A DNA stretch of 63,996 nt, filler included, from Collodictyon triciliatum (Eukaryota): NCBI GenBank assembly GCA_043381765.1. It is 5 parts of 5 records of this genome, joined end to end, with 100 filler letters (N's around TTAATTAATTAA, not from the genome) between each part and the next. Parts side by side here need not be neighbours in the genome. Positions count along the whole stretch, not along the records: positions 30,186 to 45,158 come from JBHJMP010001745.1; positions 45,259 to 58,153 come from JBHJMP010001746.1; 3 more parts are not named here. One strand, written 5' to 3'. The notes under the pieces are model-generated. The model saw only the letters and a program-made list of their open reading frames with translations. It made no database searches and was not told the origin of the DNA. This document shows, piece after piece, positions 39,301 to 52,355 of this stretch. Every line of letters starts with the position of its first letter. The first letter of the stretch is position 1. Both the position numbers and the translations under genes were made by a program.

Positions 39301-42300
39301 TGAGCGTATGATTGGATTTTTTGCTGAAAGTTTGTAGATGCTGATTGCAACATAATTGAATCAACGTCTTTGGATTTTTGTAAGTATGGTATATCCACAA
39401 GCTGGAGTCTAGTATGGGTAATGTTGGATAAGTTTGTATGAACTATGTATCGCCTTAGGACAGCTGAACCCATGCAATTATATTTTATGGAATTAGTATA
39501 AAAAAATCTCCAAGAAATCTATACTTTTGGCACTCGATAGTCAGACGCTTATTTTCTGCAGAAACTGATGCAAACTCATGTCTCAAAGAATTTAATTCCA
39601 TTTGAGTCTGCCTATGCTTTTCCATGAGGTCTCTTTCTCTGGCAATAAGCTCGGACATTGATCGCTGGTGATTTTGTTCTGATTTTTCGATGGTTTCTTT
39701 ATATACCTATACTTTATCAAATCAGCCATGGATATATGAACAGTAGATCGTCAAATGAGCGCATATTGTAGGTGGATGATGGTGTGTTCTGAAAACGTTG
39801 GCTGGTACCTGCGCTACTGTAGTGATAAAGCCGGCCTTACGTCGTAAGCTCACGATTAATTGGGTCACAGCTGAGTCTTCGTCAGGGTTGGTCGTAGATT
39901 TATTGGGTCGCGGAGGGCTACAACAGTTGTATTCCATATATGAATGTGGTATTAAAAGAAATGTATGTTAATACTTTTATAGAATCTATTCCAGAATGCA
40001 GAATAATCATTATAATAAAATATGATTATTTATATAAATACCTTGGATTTGTATCTGACAAAATGAACGGATGAAGTGCTTGTTGCGAGGAGAAATCATG
40101 ATGCAAATCTTGAGCGCATTTAAATAAGACATCACGCTCAGATTTTGCACTGAAAAACTCGTTCTGAAGTCTTGCCTCCGATTCCTTTAGTTTACTTTAG
40201 AAATAAACCGTCAATTTAAGTAGTCAACAAATAGTTCAGCATCAAAGAAACCATATTTACTAAATAACTGAGTACTTATTCCTATTTCTATTTTCCTCCA
40301 ACTGGTGCTTCAATGTTTCCACATTTTCTGACAAAATGGACTTTTCTTTTTGGAGAATCTGTCTTTGGGACTTTGATAGGTGTAGAATATTTTAAAAAAA
40401 AACTATGAAGAGCGCGCTTTACATGTCTTTAAATGGTTCGCTGATTACTTATAATGAAAAATAGTGAAGACAATTATACACTTTTTTATACCAAGTCAGA
40501 GTCCATTTGATTTTGTTGCTGTTCATAAACTGACTGCATTCTCAAAAATCTTTCACTAATTTGCTGTAGTTGCGAATTTTGATCCTTCAATTTACGCACC
40601 ACGGTATCAACAACTGTTTGAAACGAGATTGTCAACGTGTCCTGAGTTATCAAATATTAGCAACTGGATTAGTGTCTTCAAATGGCATTTTATTCAACCT
40701 AGAGGAGAATAGAGAAGGGAGAAGAGAAAAAAGTATTTCGTTCAAGTATACATACTGACTTTGCTTACATCGGTCAATGCTCGTGTATCGTATGTCTCGT
40801 TTGGCGTTGACATGGCATGAGAAAGCTTTGTGTAACAATCTGATATGACTGTTTCTAGTCTCTTTTTCTGTTCTTGAACCTTTAATTTTTCTACCGACAG
40901 ATGATTCTTTTCTCTTTTCAATTCAACATTCTCGGACTCTATGGTGGATAATTCATGTTCAAACTCCAATATTTTGGACGAGTCTTGGTCAACCCCTTGG
41001 GTTAGCTCTTCATTCTAGATGGTATCAAACAATCAAATTAATGGAGGTGCAGGTTTTACATATAACTCCTATCATGGATATTTGACATCAAAAATATTGG
41101 ACATCATATACTTTGATTAGAATGATTTTACAAAGCTTGTGAACATGATATATAGTTGAAACCTTTCTTTGAAGTCCTTCATTTTCTTTCTTGAGATTTT
41201 GGAGTCTTAAATTTTGAAGACGATGCTCTTTTTTCAAATCAGCACATTGTTCTGAGTATTGTCTGCACACTCGATGCTCTTGGTTGATGTACGCCTATCA
41301 TAAGTGATATACATAACGAGATTATTGACTTAGGCTCACCATAAATTATGAAAGAGAATTATATATTTGCAATCTGATGCATTCATCTATGATCTTGGGT
41401 GATATATCAAGAGTACCATGAGCATTTGCAGTTGAGAATTTATTGAGTCGTCTAAATGTATATAAAATAAACCTCAATTTTAAGACTGATGAGCCAATTA
41501 ACAATACTCAATGACATATACCATTGTATTAATTCCCGACTGAAAATAACAATATGTTATTTTTTATATAAAGAAAAACCTGTATATGTAGGAGGATGCT
41601 CACTAATTCGCGTAAAATTTACATTTATGTTTAAGTTAATCGAATGGTTCAGGTCCGCTTAGGTCAAGTATAAAAACATGCGTAAATATAAAGAAATTGA
41701 TGCTACTATACTTTATTCTTAGTTCTGAAAAATGGGCTTTGAATGAACGAAGTGCATCATTTAGGAAACTTCTCACTGGCCGCATATCAGATGTTTCTTG
41801 TGAATGATTCTAGGAAAAATCCCATATTGATTGAAATTTAAGACTTTGGATATGATAACGAGCTAAGGAAAGAATTGAGGTCAAATATTACGGTGAGGTT
41901 CCCGTGACTTGTTTTATGGACCGATTGAAAAGCGTCATCACTCTCGTCTATTTTAGCCTAGTTTACACGGAACAGCTTTTTTTTAAAAATGAACTTCATC
42001 ATGTGTAATCCAAAATAGAGATGTTTTTTTTTTTAAAAAAAAAAAGACTCGAATGAACCTTTGATAAATCCAGAATTCTGCGCCAGGTAAGCAGAGAGTA
42101 TTTCTTTTTCAACTCTAGAAGCTCTTGTCTTAGCATCAAGGCAGTGATAGCTTGGTCTTCAATCTTAATAGGACATAAAATCTTTTACAAAAAATAACCG
42201 AGGGCAAGTTGACTCAGGGTTGCGGAAACAATTATTATACTACGCACCTTGTTGATGTGGTGGTAGTTTTTTATTCTTCGGGCTCTAATTCCGAGAGATA

Positions 42301-44963
42301 AGGTATTTTTTGTCTCCTGTGCACAACTGGACGACATAGTAACTAGGTAAAATTCGAGCGTGTTATGAAAAAGACCACGTTATTGACACGGTTAATACAA
42401 GGCTACCCGTGCAGAGGATAGCTGTGATGCAATTTCCTCCCAACGCATTTTGAAGAATCCTCGTAACCTTGCTTTCTCGATACGGAATTGGGCCGCTTGT
42501 GCTTTATTCCGTTTCGATTGTAATAGAGTAAGATATTGAATAGAGAAGCACAATTATGTTAACTCGAAAACATATATATATATATAAACATCAAAGGAAA
42601 TGCAACCAAGATGACAAATTGGTTTTAAGAAAAATTACCCCCCTCTTCCGTCCCCCAATCGGTCGATGACAGATTTCAAAGAATTTATCCATTTATATTC
42701 TAATTCTTCATTCATGTCTGCACTTTTTCTGGAGTTCAGGGAATGGAAAGTTAGAAAATGATGTAGAATAAAAAAATCCCTGATATTTGATTGAAAATTG
42801 ATATATTTAATATGATAACATATGAAGACAGTAAATTTTTTTGGGCATGTTTATTAAAAGTAAAGAGACGTACCTTCCAGCCAGATCAAAAATTGTCTAT
42901 GTTGAGAGTATAAAGACCAAATAAATCATTTTAATTACAATATGTACATATTCACCTAGAAAATCATGAATTGAATCAAATACATTGCAGGAAAATAATA
43001 ATCACCAGATGACTAGATGTAGCTCCTGATTGGTGGTTGCCGGTAGCAATATCAAAACTTTCTATTTTCTGGGAGGGGAATATTATTGTTTAACTATTCT
43101 ATGACCAATTTTTTCTGTAGTTCAAAGCATGCCTATGTGAAAAATTAATTAGATAACAGAATCACAGAATGTGATGATTCTCACCAGTTTGTAAATCACA
43201 TGAGATCTGTTCATACTTCTGCCCGATGCAGCGGTATAGACAAACCTAGCTTCTGAATTTGGATAGCGTACTATTGTAAGAGAAAAAGAGAACAAAAGAG
43301 AACAAAAGAGAACAAAAGAGAACAAAAGAGAACAAAAGAGAACAAAAGAGAACAAAAGAGAACAAAAGAGAACAAAAGAGAACAAAAGAGAACAAAAGAG
43401 AATGGGCCATGATAAAATCATGCTACTTTCAATATCAGATTTTCAAACAATTAAGATGGGTACTTTGAGCTTCGTTAATCATATCCATGGCCTCTTTTGA
43501 GTCTGCAACTATAACCTCTTTTATGCCGACCACGTGTGGTCCCTTCATGATGAATCCAGCACAGTTTATGATTAGTAGTGTTATTCTATTTTATTTTGCA
43601 CTTACAATACCAGCCTTTTTTTTTTTGCTACAAAATAGGAAAATCAAAGTGATTCATAGTATATCAAAAATATGTAAATAAACATACTCGGTCGTCCTCT
43701 GCTATTCTCATGTCCATTTTTCCAGGTTCAAGTAAGTCTGATATAGATTCTTGATATATTTCAAATATGGAAAGCCTAAAGCAATAGATTTTCTCCTTTC
43801 TGTGTTGAATGGAAAGAGAGAAAGCATCCTTAATGGCATACTGCAGAATTCCCTGTAGAAAATGCACAGTTTTCAGGAAGTTAGTATGGGTGCGAAGGTA
43901 TATAAATTTGCAATCCAAAACAATCATACGCCGGAAATCTTAAATTTTTACAAGCTCATCTGGCGTTCCAGTCACGGTGTAAGATTTTCCTGTTAAACTC
44001 TGTCCATACACTATGAGTGCAGCTGCATACGGTATTTTTAAAAAATTATTCAACATAATATCTCAAAAAATAGATAAACCGTGTCAGTGTATCGACTTAA
44101 CCAGTTCATGTCATTACAAAATATGAAACATAGAAAATAAAAGGCTTGATTGATTAGGCATTTGTCTTTTAAGGCTAAACTATGCAAAAATAAAAATCGC
44201 AAGAGTAGCAATGAACGGCTAAGTAATCCATCAACTTAAAGAGGGGATTTTTTTTCACCATGAAATATTAATTACCGTTGCTTCCTTGTAAACTTGATAC
44301 CACTAATTCTTTTAATAGTTGGTTATATACATCTGAATTTGATGTCTCTGTGTCGAATACGTGGTCTAAAATTTTATGTGTTTTTATTTAATGACATGCA
44401 CATGAGCATATATATGAACATACTTCAAAAAGTTTCAAACATCATTTCCTATTCTTTACCAAAATTATAAAAGCTTTCTCTCTCTGGGCTTGACGACTTT
44501 GCTGCCGAACCATGTAATTTGATTTTTGATGAAGATGCGTTTGATAACGAGAAACTCGGTATATTATCCGGTGTCTCAAGTGGTTTCTTGAAATAGTAAT
44601 GATTTATATCAAATATGTTTTCTTGATGTCACAATAAAATAAAAGATAAATATTGCTGGATGTAGACATATAAAATATAAAAGGTACAATTTATAAGGAT
44701 TTTTCGAAGTTGAGAATAGAGCAGTTTACATAAAATAAAAATAGCTCTCTATGCAAACTAAGTTTTTGTTATGTGTTTCATATATGTCCATTCATATGTC
44801 AACTTTGAATCGAATAAAGAAAAATAAATTGATATACCAGTACGCCGACGGTGTTTCCTCGAATTGTTAAGCAGCTGGCTTCGCTATGTTCTGTGCTGTT
44901 TCGTTTGGAAGGACAGACTCGAACGCAGGCGAATATGTTACTCTGCGATCCAAGCGTGCTCAT
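30345..44963 (-). CDS. Giant kinesin-like protein: divergent N-terminal motor domain plus very long coiled coil (kinesin-7/CENP-E-like architecture); 3' end missing
   Basis: [98 protein letters not shown]. These are followed by phase-compatible coiled-coil exons, including the 378, 394 and 1505 aa ORFs. Confidence 0.9.
43281..43402. repeat. (AACAAAAGAG)n 10-bp intronic tandem repeat
   Basis: About 12 tandem units. Confidence 0.97.
44803..44828 (+). mobile_element. Ultra-short insertion, copy 4 (degraded, opposite orientation), in kinesin intron 1
   Basis: ctttgaatcgaataaag-aaaaataaa. Flanks attcatatgtcaa and attgatataccag match at only 9 of 13 positions. Confidence 0.6.
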
Positions 44964-45158
44964 CGCTTCTGTCCGCCTGCAGCTGCTCAGTAAGGTTTTT
45001 TTCTTTTTTTTTCTTTTTTTCTTTTTTTTCTTTTTTTCTTTTTTTTCTTTTTTTCTTTTTTTCTTTTTTTCTTTTTTTTCTTTTTTTCTTTTTTTTCTTT
45101 TTTTCTTTTTTTTCTTTTTTTCTTTTTTTTCTTTTTTTCTTTTTTTTCTTTTTTCTTT

Positions 45159-45258
45159 NNNNNNNNNNNNNNNNNNNNNNNNNNNNNNNNNNNNNNNNNN
45201 NNTTAATTAATTAANNNNNNNNNNNNNNNNNNNNNNNNNNNNNNNNNNNNNNNNNNNN
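45159..45258. other. Artificial contig linker, flanked by T-rich simple repeats
   Basis: N44-TTAATTAATTAA-N44. Confidence 0.97.
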
Positions 45259-45513
45259 TTTTTGTTTTTTTTGTTTTTTTGTTTGTTTGTTTGTTTGTTT
45301 GTTTTTTTGTTTTTTTGTTTGTTTGTTTTTGTTTGTTTTTGTTTGTTTTTGTTTGTTTTTGTTTGTTTGGGTGTTTGTTTGTTTTGTTTCCTCCATAGTC
45401 GCGTTATTCTACATGTCACTAAAGTCAACCATGTAGAAAGAGTCCGGGAGACGGCCCTGTTTGATGGCTACGTTTTATTATGCTTTTCTTTCCTTTTAAA
45501 AAATATTATGCTG

Positions 45514-48500
45514 TTATTCCCATTCGATTGTTGATGGCGGTTTGGAGGACACATCGTAGACAACTCTGTTGACTCCGCGCACTTCGTTGGTGATTCGGCC
45601 GGATATCTTACGGAGGAGCTCATACGGCATGGGATACCAATCAGCTGGTTTTTTGATTACATTAAAAAAAAAAGTGTGAATTCTATGTGAACCATGCATA
45701 AATCAATTTGTTAACAATACTCCTATGCAAAAAAAACGGCGAGGGGTGGAACCATAATATGTTAACATAACAGATAAATACTGTGAAGGGGCGCCAGAAG
45801 GAAAAGAAAAGAAGAAGCGCAGAAAAGACACATGAGACGGATGACTGCTGTGCGATTCAAATGATAAGAGGAGCTCTTTTCACCTGTCATGAAGTCTGTA
45901 GTTTGAACAGCGCGCAAGGCAATCACTTTTTCATAAGTGCGGCTGTCGCCCATGACTCCAACCGATTTGACTGGGAGCAAAACGCAGAAAGCTTGGTTGA
46001 TTTTGCTGTATTCGCCACTCGCATGCAGCTCCTCAAGAAAAATCTTGTCGGCTTGGCGCAAAATATCCAGGCTGCTTCGGTCCACCGGCCCGAGAATGCG
46101 GATGGCAAGACCGGGTCCAGGAAACGGATGGCGGTTGATGGACTGCTCATCAATTTCGAGAAGGCGGCCCACCTCACGAACCTGTACCATTTTATCTTTT
46201 CAGTTGGTTTTTTTTGGGGATTATTTTGTTTGGTTTTGTCGGAATGAGATTTCATATGAAAGAGTGTGTTCATTTGTCAGTTGGTAGTATAATATGCTGT
46301 AGGTGACACCAGTGGGGTTTTGAGTTCATTTAAATGGTTTTTTTTTCTATTTGTTATTGTACTTCATCCTTGAAAAGCTCTCGAAGAGGCTCGATAAGTT
46401 TAAGTTTCATGTCGGCCAAGAGACCTCCGACGTTATGATGCGTTTTTATGGTAGCAGAGGGTCCTTTGAAGCTGATGCTCTCAATAACATCCGGGTATAG
46501 AGTTCCTTGGAGTAGGAAGGCAAAAGCTCTATAGGAAAGAAATAAGACCAAAATTTCTTTATTTGTTTGATTTAACAATAATTGGATTTATAATGCAATA
46601 TCAATTGAAATAAAGGGGGTTTTGCACATTTAAATACTCATGTATAAAGCAACCATCTTACTCTCCAAGTCTCTTTGCTTCAGATTCGAAGACTTCGATA
46701 AACTTATTTCCGATGATCTTTCTCTTTCTTTCGGGGTCCTCGACACCTGGATTGTTAGTGGTGTTAAGTCATTTGTTTTTCTCAGAACAGTAACACATAT
46801 ACCGGGTTGGTATAAATAAGGCTAGAAAGAAAGAAAAAAAACCAGCAAGATTTTCAAGGAAAAGGTCGGTTGCATCAACAAGATGCAGATTAAGTCCCAT
46901 TCTGTCCCGAAGTCGCTTCATCACATTGGAGGCCTGAGGAATACAGAGAATGGAAAAATATAAACGAAATATACAAACTAAGAAAAATATGTGTTATACA
47001 TCATAACCCCCAAGATAATTGTGAATTGAATAAAGAAAATAGCTTTACTTAAACTTGGAAACCAAATACCTCATCGAGGCGAAGTACTCCGTTGTCAACC
47101 AAGATAGCATGGAAACGCGGCCCGATGGCTTTGTGCATTAGAACAGCGGCGACCGTACTATCGACTCCTCCGCTGACAGCTCCAATGACACGTCCTTCCT
47201 CGCCAACCTTTGAGAATAAGTTCATGAGAATAGTCGTATGGTGCAACATATGCGCGATGTAATGTCTATTTGACTATGTATGAAAGGGAAAATAATCGGT
47301 TTATATGAAAAGTCATTTTATTGACTCTTCCATCAGGAAAAAATTATTCGCAAATTAAATACTCATCATATTCATGAGAGTCATCCATACCTTCTCTCGA
47401 ATAGAGGCGATGGCTTCGTCAACAAAACTGGACATGGACCAGTCCCGTTCGCACTTGCAAATATCAACAAAGTTTGACAAAACATCGATTCCGTGTTGGG
47501 AATGGGTAACTTCGGGGTGGAACTAGTAAAGAGCGATGAATACTGTAAGAAAAATATTTTTGATGATTTATATATCCTTATTTGAGAAAGATCACTGCTG
47601 ATCGAGATAAAGCATAATGAGGAAGCGAAAAAAGTTGGTTGCGTACTTGGAGTCCATAAATATTTTTTTCAGATGAAAAAACTGCGGCAAATTCGCAATT
47701 TTCAGTCACTCCGATAGTTTCGAATGATGGAGGAAGCTTTGTTACCTTGTCACCTTCACAAGTTGCATGAATAAGAGAGAAGTGTCTTAAATTCCTTAAT
47801 AAAAAAAGAAAGCATGTTGGATGTATTTTTTGAGAATACGATATATTCTTTTCGCACATAAGTTAACTCTTACGTTTTTTTTTAATAAAAAAAAAAGGAA
47901 CACCAAAATAAAACAAACCATGGCTCATCCATACAGAAAACTGCTCAGTGATTCCTTGGAACAAGGGATTGGATGAAGTGACGCTAATCTTTGCATGTCC
48001 ATACTCACGCTTTTCTCCTGGCTCCACTCTGCCGCCCAACTGGTGACAAACTTCCTGGAGGCCGTAGCAGATACCCAGAATCGGCACTCCTACATATAAG
48101 ACGGTGTTGTTTTACTAACGCTGCAAACACGTTATGTGTTCCCCTTCATGGGTTATCTTCGTAAGGCAGAAGTTCATAAAGAATTCCATTTGATGGTGCA
48201 TATATTATCGGGCCTTATAATACTCAAATATGCATTTGATTAAAACTACAGAAAATGGTTCACAGTATAAAGTGTGGAACATAAACACTACCATGAGCTG
48301 CAAAAAAAAAAAAAAACTAAAGATAAACAACAACAAATATTATGATTAAAATCATCATAATAATGGGAGAAAACATCTTACCCAAGTCCCAAATGCCCGG
48401 CTGCACATGCGGGCTTCCTTCTTCATAGACTGACGACGGACCGCCCGAGAGAATGACTCCCTTTGGATGAAGCCTGGACACTTCGGCTATGGACGCCGTG

Positions 48501-48613
48501 CAAGGGAGCATTTCGGAGTAGACGTGGAGCTGGCGCAATCGGCGGACAATCAGATGGCTGTACTGAGAGCCAAAGTCGAGGACGACGATGCGATAGCGAT
48601 CTGCGGAGGCCAT
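45514..48613 (-). CDS. GUA1: GMP synthase (glutamine-hydrolysing)
   Basis: [98 protein letters not shown]. Confidence 0.98.
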
Positions 48614-49317
48614 GGTGCTTTGCCTGTCTCTTGGGTGCGGATAACAGTGATTAGTGTGTCCTTTTGAGTCTGCTTTTGCACGGCAGCAAGGAAAAGCGGT
48701 GGTGGGCTTTGCTTGCCTTTTCCAAAGGGTGAGTATCAACCTTTCGTGATGTCATGCTCTCGTTGACTGTGTCTTTTTTTTTTCTTTCTTCTTTTGAAAC
48801 TCTCATGCATGATCCTTGAGCCGAACTGAGGTTTGTCGCATCGGTTACTTTGTCAGCGAGTTGACCCAAGCAGCTGACCAAATCCGCCTCTTGTTGTAGG
48901 TTTGCAGCTGCGAGGCTGATTTTAGTGGGGAATATTAATTTTCCACAATTGGATAGAGGCCACAATGCGGTGTGTCTTTAATCTGGATTCAAGAAACCCG
49001 CCTTCCATCTGCGCTATTCCATGAAACCACGAACATAACCGGCATGGTGGGGTGCTTCGATAGAAAATGTATGGATTTGGTAACGGTTTTACCTCGTTGT
49101 TTGCTTCCTGTGAAATAGCGGCCTACTCCCTGTCACTCCGTTTCCAAGACGAAGCAGAAGCCAGCGAAAAAAAAAGCGAGGACAAAGTCAGTGAGGTGGG
49201 GAAGAGTAACGCAGCGCAAGAAGCAAACACACAGCTCTTTTGTTTCCTTTTTTTTCTATTTCTCTTATTTTCTTTCGCTTAGGAGAAGAGTAAGAGCAGC
49301 AATAGACAGACGAAAGC

Positions 49318-49380
49318 TGGAGAAAATATATAGATTTTTTTTTTCCTTTATTCGATTCAAAGTGGAGAAAATATATAGAT
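49318..49380 (-). mobile_element. Ultra-short insertion, copy 2: 27 bp with perfect 18-bp TSD
   Basis: tggagaaaatatatagat [tttttttttcctttattcgattcaaag, 49336-49362] tggagaaaatatatagat. Confidence 0.9.
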
Positions 49381-49401
49381 AGACATTAAATAAATAAATT
49401 A

Positions 49402-49402
<1 letters not shown>

Positions 49403-49458
<56 letters not shown>
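49403..49458. repeat. Poly(A) tract upstream of the 49587 gene
   Basis: About 56-nt A run. Confidence 0.95.
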
Positions 49459-49459
<1 letters not shown>

Positions 49460-49586
49460 CAACGACGGGCTGTTTTTTCTCCAGAGCAGCAGCGCCCTTC
49501 TTGCAGCCTTTCTTCGCTGTGCTGACCAATCCACGTAATCAGTCTCCCACGCTTCCAGCTAAACAAGCACCCTTCTTGAGGCCGAC

Positions 49587-51161
49587 ATGGGGGGAGGAAG
49601 CAGCCGCCACACCGCAAACTCAGCCCCGTCCCGGGCGAGCAAAGCGCCTCCCGCACGGCAAGGAAGCCTGACCAACCCGGACAGCGAGAGCACCAAATCC
49701 AGTATCATCAACCTGAAGCCGATGAGGCAGCCGCCCGGGTCGCCGGTGCCGTCCGGGTCCAAGAAACAAGGCGGGGCTGAGCAGAACAGCAGCAAAGGCA
49801 AGAAGAGAGACAAAGACAAGGACAAGGACATGAAGGGCGGAGGTGGCCCGTCCGGCAAGTACGCCGCTGCGCCGTCAGGCTCGGGGCCAAAGTCCAAGGC
49901 CGAGCTGGAGAAGGAGGCGGAGATCTATGCGCTGGAGCAAGAGCGCATGAGCAAGCCCAAGTCGCTGAGCGAGGGCTTCTGGGCGCCCGGGTGGATGGCA
50001 CCTGGCGAGCTGGGCACCCCGGCGTTTGAGTGCTGGCCGGACAAAGTGCGCCCGTCCGACCTACATCAGGCAGCAGCCGGGCGCATTGTCTTTGGCAAGA
50101 AGCCGCCCCATCTGACTCCGGCGGGGGCCAAAGTCTCTGCGCCCGATGCAAACGCAGGCTCAGGCGGCGACGGCAGCCACGGCCATGTGAGCAGCCTTAC
50201 GCAGCCGTCGCGCTTCCACTCACACGAGGCCATCTGCGGCTCCGCATTCCTTCCGTGTAGACTCCCACGCTACTGCATCGGATACCAGCGGCCCCGCGAG
50301 ATGTGGCGGCCGCTGCATCACTTCTGCTATCTCAACCCGACACAAGGCGCCTGGGTGGCCATGTATCTCTACATCGACGGGACCGCCGTCTGCCCAGCCC
50401 GCCACATGTTGCAGCCCGTCCCACGCAGGCAGCCGTCTTTGCTCTTCCAGATGGACGGCTCGTTCCTCAACTCCCATGACCACTACGACGTCGAGTCCAT
50501 CGGAAACAGCTCCGACTCCGACGTGGATCTTGAAAATACCCCGGCGGACGGTAACCACGACGATGATGACGACGACGATGATGATGATGACGATGACGAT
50601 GACAATGATGATGAGAATGGTGGCAACGTCGAGGCCAAAGCCGCTGGGGCTGCATCCAAAGGCAAAGAGCGCGGTGTTCATATCCGAGTGGGTCGAATCT
50701 TTCATGCCGCATTTCATATCTACCGTCTGCCCCCGGAAGAAGTTGGCCAGACTGTCCTTCTCCCTATTTACCTACTCCCTGAGCCTGACCACCAATCTGA
50801 TGTGCATCCAAAGCCACCTGGTATTGGGACCTTGCCTGGGGTGGAGAATACGACCATCAACAACATTCCTCCCAGGCATCGCGAGTCTTGTCGCCGCTTC
50901 GCTCGCTTGCTGGCTGCCATGCCTGCAGGTCGTCACCGGGTGGACATTGAGATTCGCGTTTTGTTTGAAGATGGCCAAACTGCACTCATTGGATATCATC
51001 CGGCGAGCAAGACCGTGGCTGACAATTTTGTGTCAGGTCCAAAGTTTTGCCTGGGTCCTTCTGAAATCCTTGCTCGTGGTGATTTTGTTCTGAATGTTCA
51101 TCGGCGAGACCGCAAGACTTTGACACAAGTAGCCAATCAAGGCGTCGACCTTCAAGTGTGA
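49587..51161 (+). CDS. Intronless hypothetical protein (524 aa) with N-myristoylation-like start and poly-Asp tract
   Basis: Long GC-rich ORF with strong third-position G/C bias; MGGGSS fits the MGxxxS myristoylation motif. Confidence 0.85.
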   Translation: MGGGSSRHTANSAPSRASKAPPARQGSLTNPDSESTKSSIINLKPMRQPPGSPVPSGSKKQGGAEQNSSKGKKRDKDKDKDMKGGGGPSGKYAAAPSGSGPKSKAELEKEAEIYALEQERMSKPKSLSEGFWAPGWMAPGELGTPAFECWPDKVRPSDLHQAAAGRIVFGKKPPHLTPAGAKVSAPDANAGSGGDGSHGHVSSLTQPSRFHSHEAICGSAFLPCRLPRYCIGYQRPREMWRPLHHFCYLNPTQGAWVAMYLYIDGTAVCPARHMLQPVPRRQPSLLFQMDGSFLNSHDHYDVESIGNSSDSDVDLENTPADGNHDDDDDDDDDDDDDDDNDDENGGNVEAKAAGAASKGKERGVHIRVGRIFHAAFHIYRLPPEEVGQTVLLPIYLLPEPDHQSDVHPKPPGIGTLPGVENTTINNIPPRHRESCRRFARLLAAMPAGRHRVDIEIRVLFEDGQTALIGYHPASKTVADNFVSGPKFCLGPSEILARGDFVLNVHRRDRKTLTQVANQGVDLQV

Positions 51162-52355
51162 AATAACCCAAACTCTCCTCCATTGTTCCATTATGTGATA
51201 CCCTATACTTTTCACCCTTTTCAGTATCGAACACTATTGTCATGAAACAGGCGGTGGTAACCATCTTCTTTATGAGAGCCTTTAAGAATAGTTTCCCCTT
51301 TTTTTTAAAAAAAAATAATGAATTATGAATAAATAAAAATGAAATTAATTGCTTCTCTCAGCACATACCTTCTAATTTGTGGGAAAACGTATATATATAT
51401 CAATTCTCATCGCTTGGGTCAAGAGAGGTACTTAATGCGTGCAGTAGTTACTTTATCATACTCGTTTAAAATCCATTTTTTTTTATTTTTTAATTTTTTT
51501 GCTATCTTGTTTCTTGTTTGTTGATTAGTTGTGTGTGAGCTCCTAACAACGTAAATGTAAGAAAAAGAAGCAAGCACTTAAGCTATCACAGCACATAAAG
51601 GATACCTGCAAACCGGTGATGCTTACAACGTTCTCAGGTGCTGACCCCTAATTCGCTCGCGGGAACTGAATGTAAAGATAATCTCATATCTATACTATGA
51701 TAAAAATGATAATTAAATCGTTAGAAAATTCTGGCTTGATATCAAAAGTGTGCAAAATAGTGAGTTTTTCACTTTATTTTGTAAAATCCACTTTTGTATA
51801 AAGGGCTCATTTCCATCCACAGAATTTCTAGCCTAATTCATTTGTGGAATATTATCAAGGTACCATATGAGGCAAAGGCATGTTCTCCTTATTTCGGGAA
51901 GCTTCTCTGCAACCCCGACAAAACACGCACCAAATAAAGCCAAACCACTCACGAAAAGCCATTTTTCGTTTTGCCATGGTAAATTTTGCCGGAGTGAAGC
52001 AGGCAAATGAATAAAAACAGGCGAAAATAAGAAGAAAAAAGGGTAAATGAAAAAGAATATAAAGATTTTGCCTGGCCAATAACTTCCCACTCGCACGGAG
52101 GCCCAGTGATGAATCGTGATGCACGAAGCGCCTGGCGGCGAAATGATTTCTGCGGGAGGAAGGAAATGCCCCGAGAATAAAGCCAAGGATAATTCGCTCA
52201 CGGGTTGGGTGAAGGCGAGACATTGGAGCGATAATTGTACGGACAGCTTGCGCTCATGGCTTCGCGAGCGGAGTCGGGGATATGGCCAGCGGAACGACTC
52301 GCTAATCAAATGGTTGCTCTTGCCATCCAGGAAGAACAGGGAGAAAGACAAAAGA

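Noticed and set aside
43281-43402. Regular repeat considered as CRISPR-like or telomeric
   Set aside because: Spacer-less intronic tandem repeat in a eukaryotic gene; no cas genes and not at a chromosome end.
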